Assembly (NCBI GenBank): GCA_951406725.2
Contig: OX597823.1
Span: 19,220,001 to 19,284,000 of the forward strand
From: Octopus vulgaris
Taxonomy: Eukaryota
Reading direction: 5' to 3'
DNA: 64,000 nt
Positions within the stretch are counted from its first letter, which is position 1. Every line of letters begins with the position of its first letter. This document shows positions 11,845-23,747 of the stretch, piece by piece. Below the pieces are notes generated by a model, which saw only the letters and a program-made list of their open reading frames with translations, was not told the DNA's origin and searched no databases. The position numbers were made by a program, and so were the translations under genes.

Positions 11845-12180
11845 AGCCTGGCTCAGTGGTTAGAGCAATGGGCTCACAATTATGAGGTAGTGAGTTTGAT
11901 TCCTGGATTGAGCTATGTGTTGTGTTCCTGAGCAAGACACTTTATTTCACGTTGCTCCAGTTCACTCAGCTGTAGAAATGAGTTTCTACATCACTGGTGC
12001 CAATCTGTATCAGCCTTTGTCTTTCCCTTGGATAACATCGGTGGCATGGAGAAGGGAGGCTGGTATGCATGGGTGACTGCTGGTCTTCTACAAACAACCT
12101 TGTCTCAATTTGTACTACGGAGGGGAACTTTCTAGGTGCAATCCCTTGGCCATTCATGACCATAAAGGATCTTTACTTCA
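11845..12180 (+). mobile_element. tRNA-derived SINE family F (CORE-like)
   Basis: A/B-box-like head TGGCTCAGTGGTTAGAGC...GAGTTTGATTCC, then GTGTTGTGTTCCTGAGCAAGACACTTTATTTCAC. A reverse-complement copy lies at about 48738-49065. Confidence 0.75.
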
Positions 12181-12338
12181 AGCCATAAACATACACACAT
12201 GCATGCATCTACACAGGTGTACACCTCTCCCCACAGATGTGCACCCCACAAGCACAAATATGCATGTGCATGCACCCACACAACCACAGCAATAGCCACA
12301 CACCTTTGCAGATATGAATGTTCCCATGCAGTTACGTA

Positions 12339-12640
12339 TTGGGTTGTCCGGAAAGTTCGTGCCAATTTATAGCAGCTTACCTTTTGACTTATTTTAAAAC
12401 ATGGTTGAGTTCATAAAATAAGGATTTGACTACACCTCCATTTAGAGCACAGTTTAAGCTATCTTTTCGTGGAAGAAGGTTTATGTTCCTATAACCTGTG
12501 TTAATTCTGTAACCCTTTAAAATGGAAGATAGGAAAGTTCATTTTCAGCACTTTATGCTTTGGGAACCAGACAAAAATTGCTGCAGCTCAGCTGGGATGT
12601 GTTACCCCACTCTCTATATTCACTAGATATTGCTCCGTCA
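12339..12640 (+). mobile_element. Internally deleted mariner relic
   Basis: TA followed by TIR-like TTGGGTTGTCCGGAAAG. N-terminus MEDRKVHFQHFMLW (from 12522) is joined to WDVLPHSLYSLDIAPS, cf. mariner WEVLPHPPYSPDLAPS. Confidence 0.7.
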
Positions 12641-12864
12641 TAGCGATGAATGCACTCATCCATGCAGATATGCATACACCTACTCAAATGTACACCAATG
12701 CAAATACACACACACACATACATTCCTACACAGGTATCCATAAATACTGTTGAGTTTCTCACTAATTAAAACCGAAGGCCTTATAGGGTCCTTTCCTTAT
12801 GTTTTTATTTGTTTCTTTTCATTTTGGCGATAATGGTTGATTGATTATTACCTAATTATTTCAG

Positions 12865-12979
12865 GTAACTGTTCCAAAAGGAGATCGAGAATACCATGGT
12901 GGGTCATTTGGTGAAGAAAGTTTTGTCCAGGATGATGATTACCCATTGTCGATTTTACTCCAGCATGTCTCCAAAAATG
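12865..12979 (+). CDS. AFDN: Afadin internal exon 2 (RA2 continued)
   Basis: tttcag| ... |gtaatg. VTVPKGDREYHGGSFGEESFVQDDDYPLSILLQHVSKN resembles the RA-domain 'LDDDECPL.I' segment. 115 nt, phase 0 to 1, fits both neighbours. Confidence 0.88.
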
Positions 12980-15900
12980 GTAATGTTCTTCAAAAAAATC
13001 TTTCTTCTTGATCACAATCATCGTTAGAATAGTGAGCTGGCAGAATTGTTAGCACACCAAGCAAAATGCTTTGCATTTCATCTGTCTTTATAGTCTTGAG
13101 TTCAAATTATACCAAGGTCAGCTTTACCTTTCATCCTTTCAGGGTCGATAAAATAAGTACCAGTTGCGTACTGGGGTTGATGTAATCGACTTAACACATT
13201 CCTTGAACTTGCTAGTTTTGTGCCAAAATTTGAAACCACCGTCATTATTATTATTATTGTCATTAAGGTGGGAAGCTGGCAGAATTGATAGCATGCCAGA
13301 CAAAATGCTTAGTGGTATTTCTTCTGCCATTACGTTCTTAATTTAAATTCCGCCGAGGTTGACTTTGCCTTTCATCCTTTTGGGGGGTCGATGTAATCGA
13401 CTTAATCCCTTCCTCCAAACTGCCCTTGTGGTAAAAATTTGAAATCATCATCATTATTATTATTACGGTTGTGAGCTGGCAAAATTGTTACTGTACCAAA
13501 CAAAATGCTTAGGTGCGTTTCTTCTAGCTCTTTCTGTTCCAGGTTCAAATGCTACCGAGGTTGACTTTTCCTGTCATCCTCTCATGGTTGATAAGTACTG
13601 AGGCCGATGTCATCAACAAACCCACCCCACTTAAAGATGCTGACCTTGTGCCAACATTTGAAAGAGTTGTTATTTTTAAGGTGATGGGTTGGTAGTTATT
13701 AGAGCATCAGAAAAAATACATTGTGGCATTTTACATTCAAGGTTCAAATCCCACCAATGGTAGTTTTACCTTTCATTGCTCCAGGGTTGATAAAGTACCA
13801 GTCAAGTTTTAGAGTCATTGCAATTGGCTCCCTCCAAAACTACTGGTCTTGTGTAAAACCATTATAGGATGGTGAATGAGAAGAATCTTTAAGGCATCAG
13901 AACAAATACCTTGCAGTATTTCTTCTGGCTTTTAACAATTGGAGTTCAAATCCCACAAGGTCAACTATACCATTTATCTTTTCAGGGTCAAGTACTAGGG
14001 TTGCTTTCATCAACTAGTTCTTTCCCACTAATTTTTGGCCATGTTCCTTGGCAGAATCACTAGAGCATTGGACAAAACGCTTTATCGTATTTCTTCCGGC
14101 TCTTTGTTACAGGTTCAAATTCTGCCAGCTTTACTTTTCATTCTTTTGAGTCAATAAACTCCTAATTAAGAACTGGGGTTGATGTAATCAATTAATGAGA
14201 AATGCATTGTTTTTTTTTGTTCTTTTTTCCCCCACTATCTCCCTCCAACTGTGGTAACTATCTATCTTCTCTCCAACAAAACATCTGGTTCTGTTCCTCT
14301 GTCATACTCTAATTTGTCACCCGACAAAGCCACCTTCTCCAGTACCCCACCTCCCATTCTTAAAGGATCTTTGTCTTGCAAGTTAAATTGGTGACTTTGT
14401 TGGGGCTGTAAAAAGCATCCAGTCCATGCTGTAAAGTAGTTGGTATTTGGAAGGGCATCCAGCTGCAAAAAACCATGCCAAAACTGACTCCACCAGTGCT
14501 GGTGTCTCATGAAAAGCACCTGGTCAATTAGGAAGGACATCCAGACAGAAACCATGCTAAAACAGACAGTGGAGCCTGCATCAGGCTTGCCAGCTCCTGT
14601 CAATCTGTCTAACCCATGCCATCATGGAAAATGGACATTAAATGAGGACGATGAAGGTACAGTGTTAAAAAACATAAAAATGTTGAAGGCTAAATATAAA
14701 AATGGTTAGCAAATATTGTACAAGAATTCTATAAAAATATTTAGATTCTTAGTATTATTTTCTGGAATGGGCTTATGTCTCTCTTTGTAGGTTATCTGTC
14801 AAATATATATATATATATATAATATTTATTTATTTATTTATTTTGTGGTGCTGATGGCAGCCAACATTAAAATGATATCGGAATAAATTTGGGTTGAACA
14901 ATAAATGATGTTTCGGTTCTCCACATTTGTCATCTCTGTCATGGAAAAATTGATATTTATTATGAAGCTTGTGATGTGATGGTTGAATTATTAAAGTAGT
15001 AGAGCGGTAGCTAAATACTGCCTTACCATATTTAGCTATCTCTCTCTCTTCCCCCATACTTCCCTCTATCTCTCTCATTCAACCTTTCATGTATTTACAT
15101 GTGTGTTTGTATTTGTGTTCGTGTATATATTTGTATTTGTGTATCTATATATTTGTGTGTCTGTCTCTCTGACTGTGTAAGTGCGAGTGTATGTCATCTA
15201 CTTAGTGGTCGTATACCCCTTCCACTACATACAGATAAGATAATCACCAGTCATTCAAAGCTTCCTCCTCATTCCCTGATTTATTTTAATATTTATAGTT
15301 AACTGTTAACTGGAAGAGGAGGAAAAGAAAGTACTCTTCACCTTCACTGGACCCCCCCTGTCCCACCAACTTCCTCAGTTTGTTAGTGGAGATCCAAAGT
15401 CACTTGAACTTTAGTTCGTTGTCTCTGGTGTAGATGTAGACACTTCCACAGAGATTAACTCCTACTTCCAGGGTAGGGTTAATAAGAGGGCCAACTGCAG
15501 CAAGATGATGGCCATTTCGTTATTTAATCCCGGATCATTTCATTTCTGTTACATCTACGATTTCGGTATTACAGCCAATGTGGCCCCTCTTTTGAAAGAT
15601 GATGCAATGTGATTTGAGAAGGATTTAGTCCTGCGCTTCCTTCCTTGTGCTGCAGGGTTATCGAACCTTTTTAACAGCAAGAGGAAATTGCAAGTGCATA
15701 AGAACGTCTGGGAGCACATCTGTGCTGAGGGAAACGACTCTTTAATTATATAAATTCATAGATATATAATTAGTATTGAGTTACTTTGCGGGTATTAAAG
15801 CATTTAAGACATAAATCATTTTTATCTTTTTTTTTATCTGTGGTTTTGAAGAGTTTGTTGGAGGGGTGGCGGTGGGGTTCAAATTTGATTATGGGGGAGA

Positions 15901-16105
15901 GGGAAGGTCCCCATTCCTCGCATAGATGATACTACATTAAAATGCAGCAATGAGATAAGGGAGTTGAATTAGTTTAGTTGCACACATTATATATATATAT
16001 ATATCTGACTGGCCTGGTGCAGCCTTCGGGCTTCCCAGACCCCAGTTGAACCGTCCAACCCATGCTAGCATGGAAAGCGGACGTTAAACGATGATGATGA
16101 TGATG

Positions 16106-16137
<32 letters not shown>

Positions 16138-16207
16138 TGGTCCTCAAACATGCTGTATCCTTTCTATTTTTTCTACTGCTACAACACTGTCTCTAAATCC
16201 TGAAGTT

Positions 16208-16260
<53 letters not shown>

Positions 16261-16336
16261 AACTAAACTAATTCAACTCCCTTATCTCATCGCTGCATTT
16301 TAATGTAACATCTATGCTATTCATTCCTGTGCCCAC

Positions 16337-16399
<63 letters not shown>

Positions 16400-16889
16400 A
16401 ACTTCAGGATTTAGAGACAGTGTTATAGCAGTAGACAAAATAGAAAGGATACAGCATGCTTGAGGACCAGTGATGCATGTTATGTATGAGAAAGAAAGAC
16501 AGAAAGACTGACACTAAAGGTGTTTATCCAGATGGCCTCAATTGTATTTTTTTTTCTCTTTTCTAGTTTAGGGCTGTTTGTGGTGTTGTAGTTGCTCTTT
16601 TGCAATTTAGGTCACTCTTGAGCAACTAAACAGCTAATCTTGACTGAATCTTTTGTTTACTCCAAGTCGGCTATGACCAAGCAGATTCACAATGAAATGT
16701 TTTCCTGTCATGGCTGTCTTATAATTAAAAAATTTTCTTTTCTTATTTCTTGCATTTTATATCCAGGTAGATGTTATTTCGTGTTTTTTTTTTTTTTTTT
16801 TTTTAAGATTTTATTTTTTTTACGATGGTCTTGTGTGATTTGATGTGAAATTTGCTACTGTATCTAACAGCTTGACTGATCACATAGAG

Positions 16890-17201
16890 CAGGGGTCAGG
16901 GACCTTTTTTTTAACCAATTACCCCAAAATATATCTATCTACGCTGACGTTACCCTCTTGATTTGAAAGGAAGAAAATCATAGATTCTTTGAATTCAAAA
17001 GTTTTATTGAATCCATATGAATCTATTGACACATCCTTAACATTGGACAGATGCAGTGTTGCCAGAAGGAAAATTTCTGTAGTAACAAGGAACATATTTT
17101 TTCTTTTTCAATTTTACTTATGTCTAATGAGTCCTTATTAGCCCAAAGAATTTAATTTTTACCCCACTTGGGGTAATTTAACCCCAGTTTGCTGACTCCT
17201 G
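16890..17201. mobile_element. hAT-type MITE
   Basis: Perfect 8-bp TSD ACATAGAG (16882-16889, 17202-17209); TIR CAGGGGTCAG / CTGACTCCTG. Confidence 0.88.
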
Positions 17202-17499
17202 ACATAGAGGTTCCTTCATTGGTTCAGAACTGAGTTATATCATGTCTGTATAAAGAAATCCTAGTTTTTGAGACTCAGTTTTAGTATTGTTATCTATAGT
17301 AAGATCAACCATGTGAGATGATCAAAGATTTATATTTGTAGCAAGTTTGAAAGTAGTTTTTTGCTGTCTAGCTTCTAATCAGCATTGATGGAGCAGATCT
17401 AAGGCATTCTTGCTGTAATCATTCTGTCATTCTTTCAAATATTGCATATCTAGGCACTGGCTCGGGAATGAAATTTGCTTAGGGGGTGCAAACCCAGGT

Positions 17500-17883
17500 G
17501 TGGAGGCGCAATGGCCCAGTGGTTAGGGCAGCGGACTCGCGGTCATAAGATCGCGGTTTCGATTCCCATACCGGGCGTTGTGTTTATTGAGCGAAAACAC
17601 CTAAAGCTCCACGAGGCTCTGGCAGGAGATGGTGGTGATCCCTGCCTGTACTCTTTCACCACAACTTTCTCTCACTCTTACTTCCTTTTTCTGTTGTACC
17701 TGTATTTCAAAGGGCCGGCCTTGTCACTCTCTGTGTCACGCTGAATATCCCCGAGAACTACGTTAAGGGTACACATGTCTGTGGAGTGCTCAGCCACTTA
17801 CACGTTAATTTCACGAGCAGGCTGTTCCATTGATTCGGATCAACCGGAACCCTCATCGTCGTAACCGACAGTGCTTCCACACA
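17500..17883 (+). mobile_element. tRNA-derived SINE family D, tail type 1
   Basis: A box TGGCCCAGTGG, B box GGTTTCGATTCCC; 11-bp TSD CAAACCCAGGT (17489-17499, 17884-17894). Inserted in an older GGGGTGCA/TGCACCCC MITE-like element (about 17455-18085). Confidence 0.85.
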
Positions 17884-19846
17884 CAAACCCAGGTCCAAAA
17901 AATTTTTATGAACAAGGTTTTGGTTCTTTTTATTATTTCTTTTTGTTCTTTGTAAAGAAACCTAACTTCCAGCTATTGTTTACAGATCACTTTTTATTCA
18001 CTGTTTCATAAGCCTAAGAAAAGTAAATAGATTTTGCACCCCACAAAAATTCTAGGGGGTGCACTTGCACACCCTGTTCCCATGCTCATCTATCTAGGAC
18101 TGCATTATTTAATGTGTCCCACATCATTTGATACAATATTGTGTAAACTGCGAGAAGACTTACTGTTATTTCCAGCTGGTCTGTGACCACATTGCAGCTC
18201 CCCCTCATTGACTCTGGAAGATTGTATTAATGTTATACATATACGAGGCATCTACTTTAGAAAGTGGTTGGCATTGGGAAGGGCATCTAGCTGTAAAAAC
18301 CATGCTGAAACAAGCCAGTGGAGCTTGGTGTAGTCCTCTGGCTTGCCAGCTCCTATCAACCATCCGACCCATGCCAGCATGGAAGATGGATGTTAAATGA
18401 TAATGATGGAGTACAAGACTAGTTTCTGGTATTTGGGGATCATTGTCTTCTTTTTAGGTGTGATTGTGTGTGTATTGGTGACAAAATTGGCAGAGGTAAA
18501 AAGAATAACTTGAAGTATTTATTGTAGTCATATGAATTCTGGGTTCAAATCACACTGAGATCAGCTTTGCATTTTCTTTTTCTGGAATCAATAATACTGA
18601 AGTTCTTTCTTGGAATTGGCTACAATGTCCCATGAGAATGATTGTGGAGGGCCATTCAGTGTGTCCCTTTTTCCAGAAATGGAAAAGAGACGAATAAGGT
18701 GTTCTTCAAGTAGGAAAATTGTTATTGAAACCAAAGAATCAACCTATATGTTGCACTAATATTAAATTAGCAATAAGGATGGCAGACAGACATTCAGTAG
18801 AATGTGCCAGATTATATGGAGTGAAGGCCTTTCTATAGATCATGAGTACATTTTCATCTTGTGCCATGGCCTCCTTCTTACTGTCTCCCACCCCCCACTC
18901 CCGTCTCAGTCCAATTTGCCAAATTCTCTAAAAACATTTTTGATTCCGTTAATATCAGCTCATATCATCTTTTATCTTATTTCTTTCCATTTCTTCTTTC
19001 CTGAATTTTTTTTTCTAACATTACCTGTTCATTAATCTCAATGCGTGTCATTGTCCTACTTGAGTTGTTTCCCCTTTGCTCATTTTAGTCTTGTTAATTA
19101 TGCAAGATAGCTGACCAAAACCCTTAGTAATAACAACTGAAGCTGGCTTCAGTAGACTACATAATACTGATAAGGTCTAATAAGGTTGAAATGCTTCTTG
19201 CTGGCACTTTGCCTCCAAACCAAGAGCAAATGCTCCTCGAAGCATGTAAATTAATTTTACAATTTCTGTGGATTATCTCCCCAATAATTAATTATAATAG
19301 TCATAATTATTTTTTTCTCTTCTCAAGAGAAATTTCAATTGAAATTTTTTTGCAAACATCATTCAGTACATCATCTTTGTGAATGATTTACAGATGATAT
19401 TTCTGTTTGATTGATGTTGAAGAAATGATATATATAAAAAAAAAAAAAAAAGTGTGAGAGAGGCAGGTGTGTAGTAGGTGTAAAAATAGATGTATGTATA
19501 GATTGTGCGTATGCAATGTATAGATTGTGCATATGCAATGTATATAGATGGATGTGAAATGATGTATCTGTGTAGCCGTGTATGTATGTTTGTCTGTGTG
19601 TGCATTTGTGTGTTTCCACTTAGTATAAAAGCCATATAAGTTACATAGAACAGACACAGGACTCTCGTTACGAAATCTAAGCAACATTTCAATCCACTTT
19701 GCCAAATTCTATAAAAAACATTCTTGATTCAGTTAATAATGTCAGCTCATATCATCTTTTTATCTTTATCCTTCCATTTCTTCCTCACTGAAATTTTTCT
19801 TCATAAACAAGTATTTCCTTATTTTCTTTCTTAGACACTCTCTCTT

Positions 19847-19898
<52 letters not shown>

Positions 19899-20956
19899 TC
19901 CCTCCCCTCCCCTCCCTCCCCTTCTCTCTCATTACACTTTGTCTCCCCTTCAGATTTTTATCAAAATGTAATTTGATGGTATATCTTACGGTAATATTTG
20001 GCATCTTGGTTCATATTGTTGCGGGTGATGGTTTTGATGAAGTGTTTTGTGTCAATGGTGATAGGATGCTCTTGCTTTTGTTCTTGAACCCCAGGTTAGC
20101 CCTGGTCAAGTAGACCTATGATCAAGGGCATTTCAGTCATGAATAGTCCTTGACATAGCCGGTGGCACGTAAAAAGCACCATCCGTTCGTGGCCGTTGCC
20201 AGCCTCGCCTGGCCCCCGTGCCGGTGGCATGTAAAAAGCACCATCTGTTCGTGGCCGATGCCAGCCTTGCCTGGCCCCCGTGCCGGTGGCACATAAAAAG
20301 CGCCATCCAATCGTGGCCGTTTGCCAGACTCGTCTGGCACCTGTGCCGGTGGCACGTAAAAAGCACTCACTACACTCATGGAGTGGTTGGCGTTAGGAAG
20401 GGCATCCAGCCGTAGAAACATTGCCAGATCAGACTGGGCCTGGTGCAGCCTTCTGGCTTCCCGGACCCCAGTTGAACCGTCCAACCCATGCTAGCATGGA
20501 AAGCGGACGCTAAACGATGATGATGATGATGATGATGATGATAGCATACCAAGGGCTACATTATTTGATATGTGTCCTTTCTTTATCAAGACATTCAGGT
20601 GGTTGTGATTTGAGGGATGTTTGGCTTGTTATTTCCAGCAGGTTGAGTGACAACATACAAGTTAATTTCGATATATGTGTGCAACACCTAATAGTGGTAT
20701 ATTCTGTATGTTGTGTATATATGTAAACTCTGATGTAATGTACACTGGTGGTGGGTGCTTTGAGTAAAAGAAAATACAGGAGGATCAATTAATTATGATT
20801 TTGTTAAACATATTCCCCTCTTGGATTCACACACTTATTGCAGCAGTCCTTCAGTTTTCCTAAGCCCTGTAAAAGACTTCAGAAGGCCTTTCACGATACC
20901 CTTAAAATCAGGAACTTTTCAGCACCCACTTCTATGTAAGATTTACGAAGTGTCAA

Positions 20957-20993
<37 letters not shown>

Positions 20994-21122
20994 GATAGAT
21001 ATAGAGATATAGATATATAGATAGATAGATATAGATAGATAGATAGATAGATATAGATATAGATAGATAGATATAGATATAGATAGATAGATAGATATAG
21101 ATATAGATAGATATAGATAGAT

Positions 21123-21165
<43 letters not shown>
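20957..21165. repeat. Compound microsatellite (GT)n(AT)n(GATA/GATATA)n(GA)n
   Basis: Directly visible. Confidence 0.95.
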
Positions 21166-21167
<2 letters not shown>

Positions 21168-23425
21168 AAAGTGTATGTATGCTGCTATATTTTATATATA
21201 AAAAATGTGTGTGATAACAGTAATGTCAGTCACGTGTGTGTAGTATGTAATTGTACTATTTTCTCTGTTGTATATATGTCATGATGTATGTAACGTGTAT
21301 GTGGTACCCTGTAGTATAATATACCATATGTTGTGTGTATGTATGTGCAAATCCCAGTGGTATACTTACATGTTTGTCTGCATGATTTTAATTGTTCCCC
21401 AAGGCATCTATTATTATTACGGGAATTGTTTCTGTTTTCAGTTGCAACTTTCTGCAGTTGCCTATTTCCAATTCTTTATTCTTTTACTAGTTTCTTCATA
21501 TCATTGGCCAATAGAACTGATACATCATCGCCACAACAAGTATGGCTATGTGGTTAAGGCGGCGAGCTGGCAGAAACGTTAGCGTGCCGGGCGATATGCT
21601 TAGCGGTATTTCATCTGTCTTACGTTCTGAGTTCAAATTCCGCCAAAGTCGACTTTACCTTTCATCCTTTCGGGGTCGATAAAGTACCAGTTATGCACTG
21701 GGGTCGATGTAATTGACTTAATCCCTTTGTCTGTCCTTGTTTGTCCCCTCTATGTTTAGCCCCTTGTGGGCAGCAAAGAAATATATGTGGTTAAGAAGTT
21801 CATTTCCCAACCACATGGTTCTTAGTGTGGTGGCATGTTACGCGAGTGTCTTCTGTTATAGACCCCTGGCTTATCAAAACCTAAGTGGATTGGTTGACAG
21901 GAATTGAAAGAAGCCCTTCACATATTGTGTGTGTGTGTCTCTTTGTAACATTCAATGATTGTAAATGAACGTTTTTGTCCTGCAGAAATGTGTCTGGCCT
22001 TGAGGAAAATACCACCTTACATGGAAACCGGGAAAGGTTGGCAACAGGAAGGGCAACCCAGCCGCAGAAAATTGTTCTCAATAAATTCTGTCCAACCCAT
22101 GCAAGCATGGAAAAGTGGATATCAAAATGATAATGAGGATACTAAAGCTGGAAAATTGACAAAAATTGTTAGAAATTTTTGGAGAAAAAGTCTTGTTTTA
22201 TCTCTTTATGATCTGAGTTTAAATCTTACTGAGGTCAACTTTGCCTTTCATCCTTCCAGGCTTGATAAAATGCTAGTCATTCTGGGATCATATAATCAAC
22301 TGTCCCCTACCTCTATCTCCCACCTCTGTACGTATATTAGAAGCAATCATCTGGGTAGGAATTGGCTGAATCATTAGTGTCAGATGAAAAGCGTCGTGGA
22401 GTTGCTTTCAATTTATATTTTGAGTTCAAATCCTGTTGAGGCCAGCTTTATCTTTCATCCTTATGAGGAGGCTTCATAAAATATAGCGTCTGACAAGTAC
22501 TAGGATTGATTTTTATCAACTAACCCCCACCTCCAAAATTTTAGGCCTTGTGCCTATACATGAAACAATGTTGTTTTTGTTACTGTTACTACTACTACTA
22601 CTACTACTGCTGCTATTACTAAGGCAGAGCTGATAGAATTGTTAGTAGATTGGATAAAATGTTTCACGGCATTTCTTCCAGCTCTTTACATTCTGAGTTC
22701 AAACTCCACCAAGGTTGACTTTGCATTTCATCCTTTCATGGTCATCAAATTAAGTACCTGTTGAGTACTGGGGTTGACTCCCCGCTCCCCCCCCTCCTAA
22801 ATTGCTGGCCCTGTGCCAAAATTTGAAACCACCATCATCATTACCAACATTGTTATCATTATTATTTCCATCTTCATCATCATCTTTATTATTATTACTA
22901 TTATTATTATGAGTGTTTCATTCTGATCTTCCCAGCAAAGGTATCAGAACAAATTGAAGGTAGGACACCAACTTCCTTTCATCTGTTTGATGATGCATCT
23001 CATTGTGTTTTTTGGTTGCTCTTCTTTACCGATTCTCTTTCAGTTGCCTGCAATCTAAACTAAACTAATAAATTTATTTTAATTATTTGTTCTTTTTGCT
23101 GTTTAAAAATTTTTTTTATTATATATTTGTTGTTGTAGTAGTAACTGATTGCATGAAACCATTGGATGCTATTTCTCTAAGGAATCTTGTGCAAAGTGTT
23201 AGCTGTGTTGTGAATCACTCTTTGGAATAGTTTAACACAAACCCATTTTATGTGAAACAATGTCTACATAGTTCTAATTGTTGTTGTTTGGTGACTCTTG
23301 TCTGTTTTGCTTGAGTAAATTTATCTTGGATGTAACCATTTGAATTAAACATTTGACTGTCATATCTGAGCATTCAGTCTTCATTGACAAGAATGTGTAT
23401 TAGTGTTTGTGTGTGTATGCATGTG

Positions 23426-23463
<38 letters not shown>

Positions 23464-23716
23464 GTAGACAGAAACTGAAGCCAGTCATATATATGTGTGT
23501 TTGTGTGCCTGTGTTTGTTCTCCCAACATCGCTTGACAACCGATGCTGGTGTGTTTATGTCCCAGTAACTTAGCGGTTCAGCAAAACGAGACTGATTGAA
23601 TAAGTACTAGGCTTACGAGGAAAAAGTCCTGGGGTCGATTAGCTCGACTAAAGGCGGTGCTCCAACATGGCCGCAGTCAAATGACTGAAACAAATAAAAG
23701 AATGTGTGTGTGTATG

Positions 23717-23747
<31 letters not shown>

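Noticed and set aside
17500-17575. tRNA gene
   Set aside because: A/B boxes are present but there is no complete cloverleaf. It continues into a SINE body bounded by a TSD.
20133-20484. Recurrent ORFs with 'LDALPNANHS' or 'YQIHSQGFG...CPRCHAVGLNPEP'
   Set aside because: Conceptual translations of the non-coding family-C and SINE A repeats, not a protein family.
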